From Chiloscyllium plagiosum (Eukaryota), in assembly GCF_004010195.1 (NCBI RefSeq), contig NC_057747.1, positions 17,496,036 to 17,560,035 on the forward strand: DNA of 64,000 nucleotides. Direction: 5' to 3'. The position numbers and the translations under genes were made by a program. The notes beneath the pieces were generated by a model. The model did not search any database. It was not told where the DNA came from and saw only the letters and a list, made by a program, of their open reading frames with translations. This document shows positions 63,301-64,000 of the stretch, piece by piece (the first letter of the stretch is position 1; each line of letters begins with the position of its first letter).

Positions 63301-64000
63301 ATGAGGAAGTAACAAAGAGGCTTGATGAGGGCAGAGCAGTAGATGTGATCTATATGGACTTCAGTAAGGTGTTCAACAAGGTTCCCCATGGGAGATTGAT
63401 TAGCAAGGTTAGATCTCACAAAATACAGGAAGAACTAGCTATTTGGATAGAGAACTGGCTCAAAGGTAGAAAACAGAGGGTGGTGGTGGAGGGTAGTTTT
63501 TCAGACTGGAGGCTGGTGACCAGTGGAATGCCACAAGGATCGGGGCTGGGTTCTGTACTTTTTGTCATTTACATAAATGATTTGGATGCAAGCATAAGAG
63601 GTACAGTTAGTAAGTTTGCAGATGACACCAAAATTGGAGGTGTAGTGGACAGCGAAGAGGGTTACCTCACATTATAACAGGATCTTGATCAGATGGGCTA
63701 ATGGGCTGAGAAGTGGCGGATGGAGTTTAATTCAGATAAATGCGAGGTGCTGCATTTTGGGACAGCAAATCTTAACAGGACGTATACACTCAATGATAAG
63801 GTCCTAGGGAGTGTTGCTGAAGAAAGAGACCTTGGAGTGCAGGTTCATAGCTCCTTGAAAGTGGAGTCGTAGGTAGATAGGATAATGAAGAAGGCGTTTG
63901 GTATGCTTTCGATCATCGGTCAGAGTATTGGGTTAAGGAGTTGGGAGGTCATGTTGCGGCTGTACAGGACATTGGTTCGGCCACAGTTAGAATATTGCGT
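60330..64000 (+). mobile_element. Long decayed CR1 LINE: ORF1 with SGNH esterase, ORF2 APE and RT; runs off the window
   Basis: GDSLVRG..CCFPGARIKD..VHIGTND (about 60945-61120); CIYFNARGL..IAITETW; MDFSK..DDTKIGG; many frameshifts. Confidence 0.9.
62607..62735. other. Assembly gap (129 N)
   Basis: Run of N inside the CR1. Confidence 0.99.

Noticed and set aside
60330-64000. Intact, active CR1
   Set aside because: Multiple stops, frameshifts and an N gap.
1-64000. Prokaryotic systems (CRISPR arrays, operons, defence loci)
   Set aside because: Vertebrate intron-exon DNA; no repeat-spacer arrays or operon-like ORF clusters.

Overview
Vertebrate genomic DNA, almost certainly a cartilaginous fish (inference from a VAChT protein very close to the Torpedo sequence as I recall it, and shark-type SINE/CR1 repeats). 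The window holds the complete cholinergic gene locus on the + strand. Intronless SLC18A3/VAChT (3867-5465, 532 aa) is followed by CHAT, whose 14 coding exons (10173-48201) splice by hand with GT-AG junctions into an uninterrupted 641-aa choline acetyltransferase. Coding exon 1 of C10orf53 (56232-56325) follows, the same gene order as in human. Introns and flanks are full of decayed retroelements: CR1 LINEs, a full-length L1-clade element with a YY1 5' motif, tRNA-derived SINEs and Penelope-like elements. Observations most worth checking: (1) a family of short TSD-flanked, often palindromic inserts carrying a minimal hammerhead-ribozyme core and linked to Penelope; (2) a ChAT catalytic loop and acyl pocket that look carnitine-acetyltransferase-like and have lost four Cys while keeping the choline-specificity residues; (3) a perfect 40-bp hairpin inside a decayed repeat; (4) candidate R-type and M-type 5' exons with uORFs. 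All coordinates were read by eye; no searches were run, and reference-protein comparisons are from memory.
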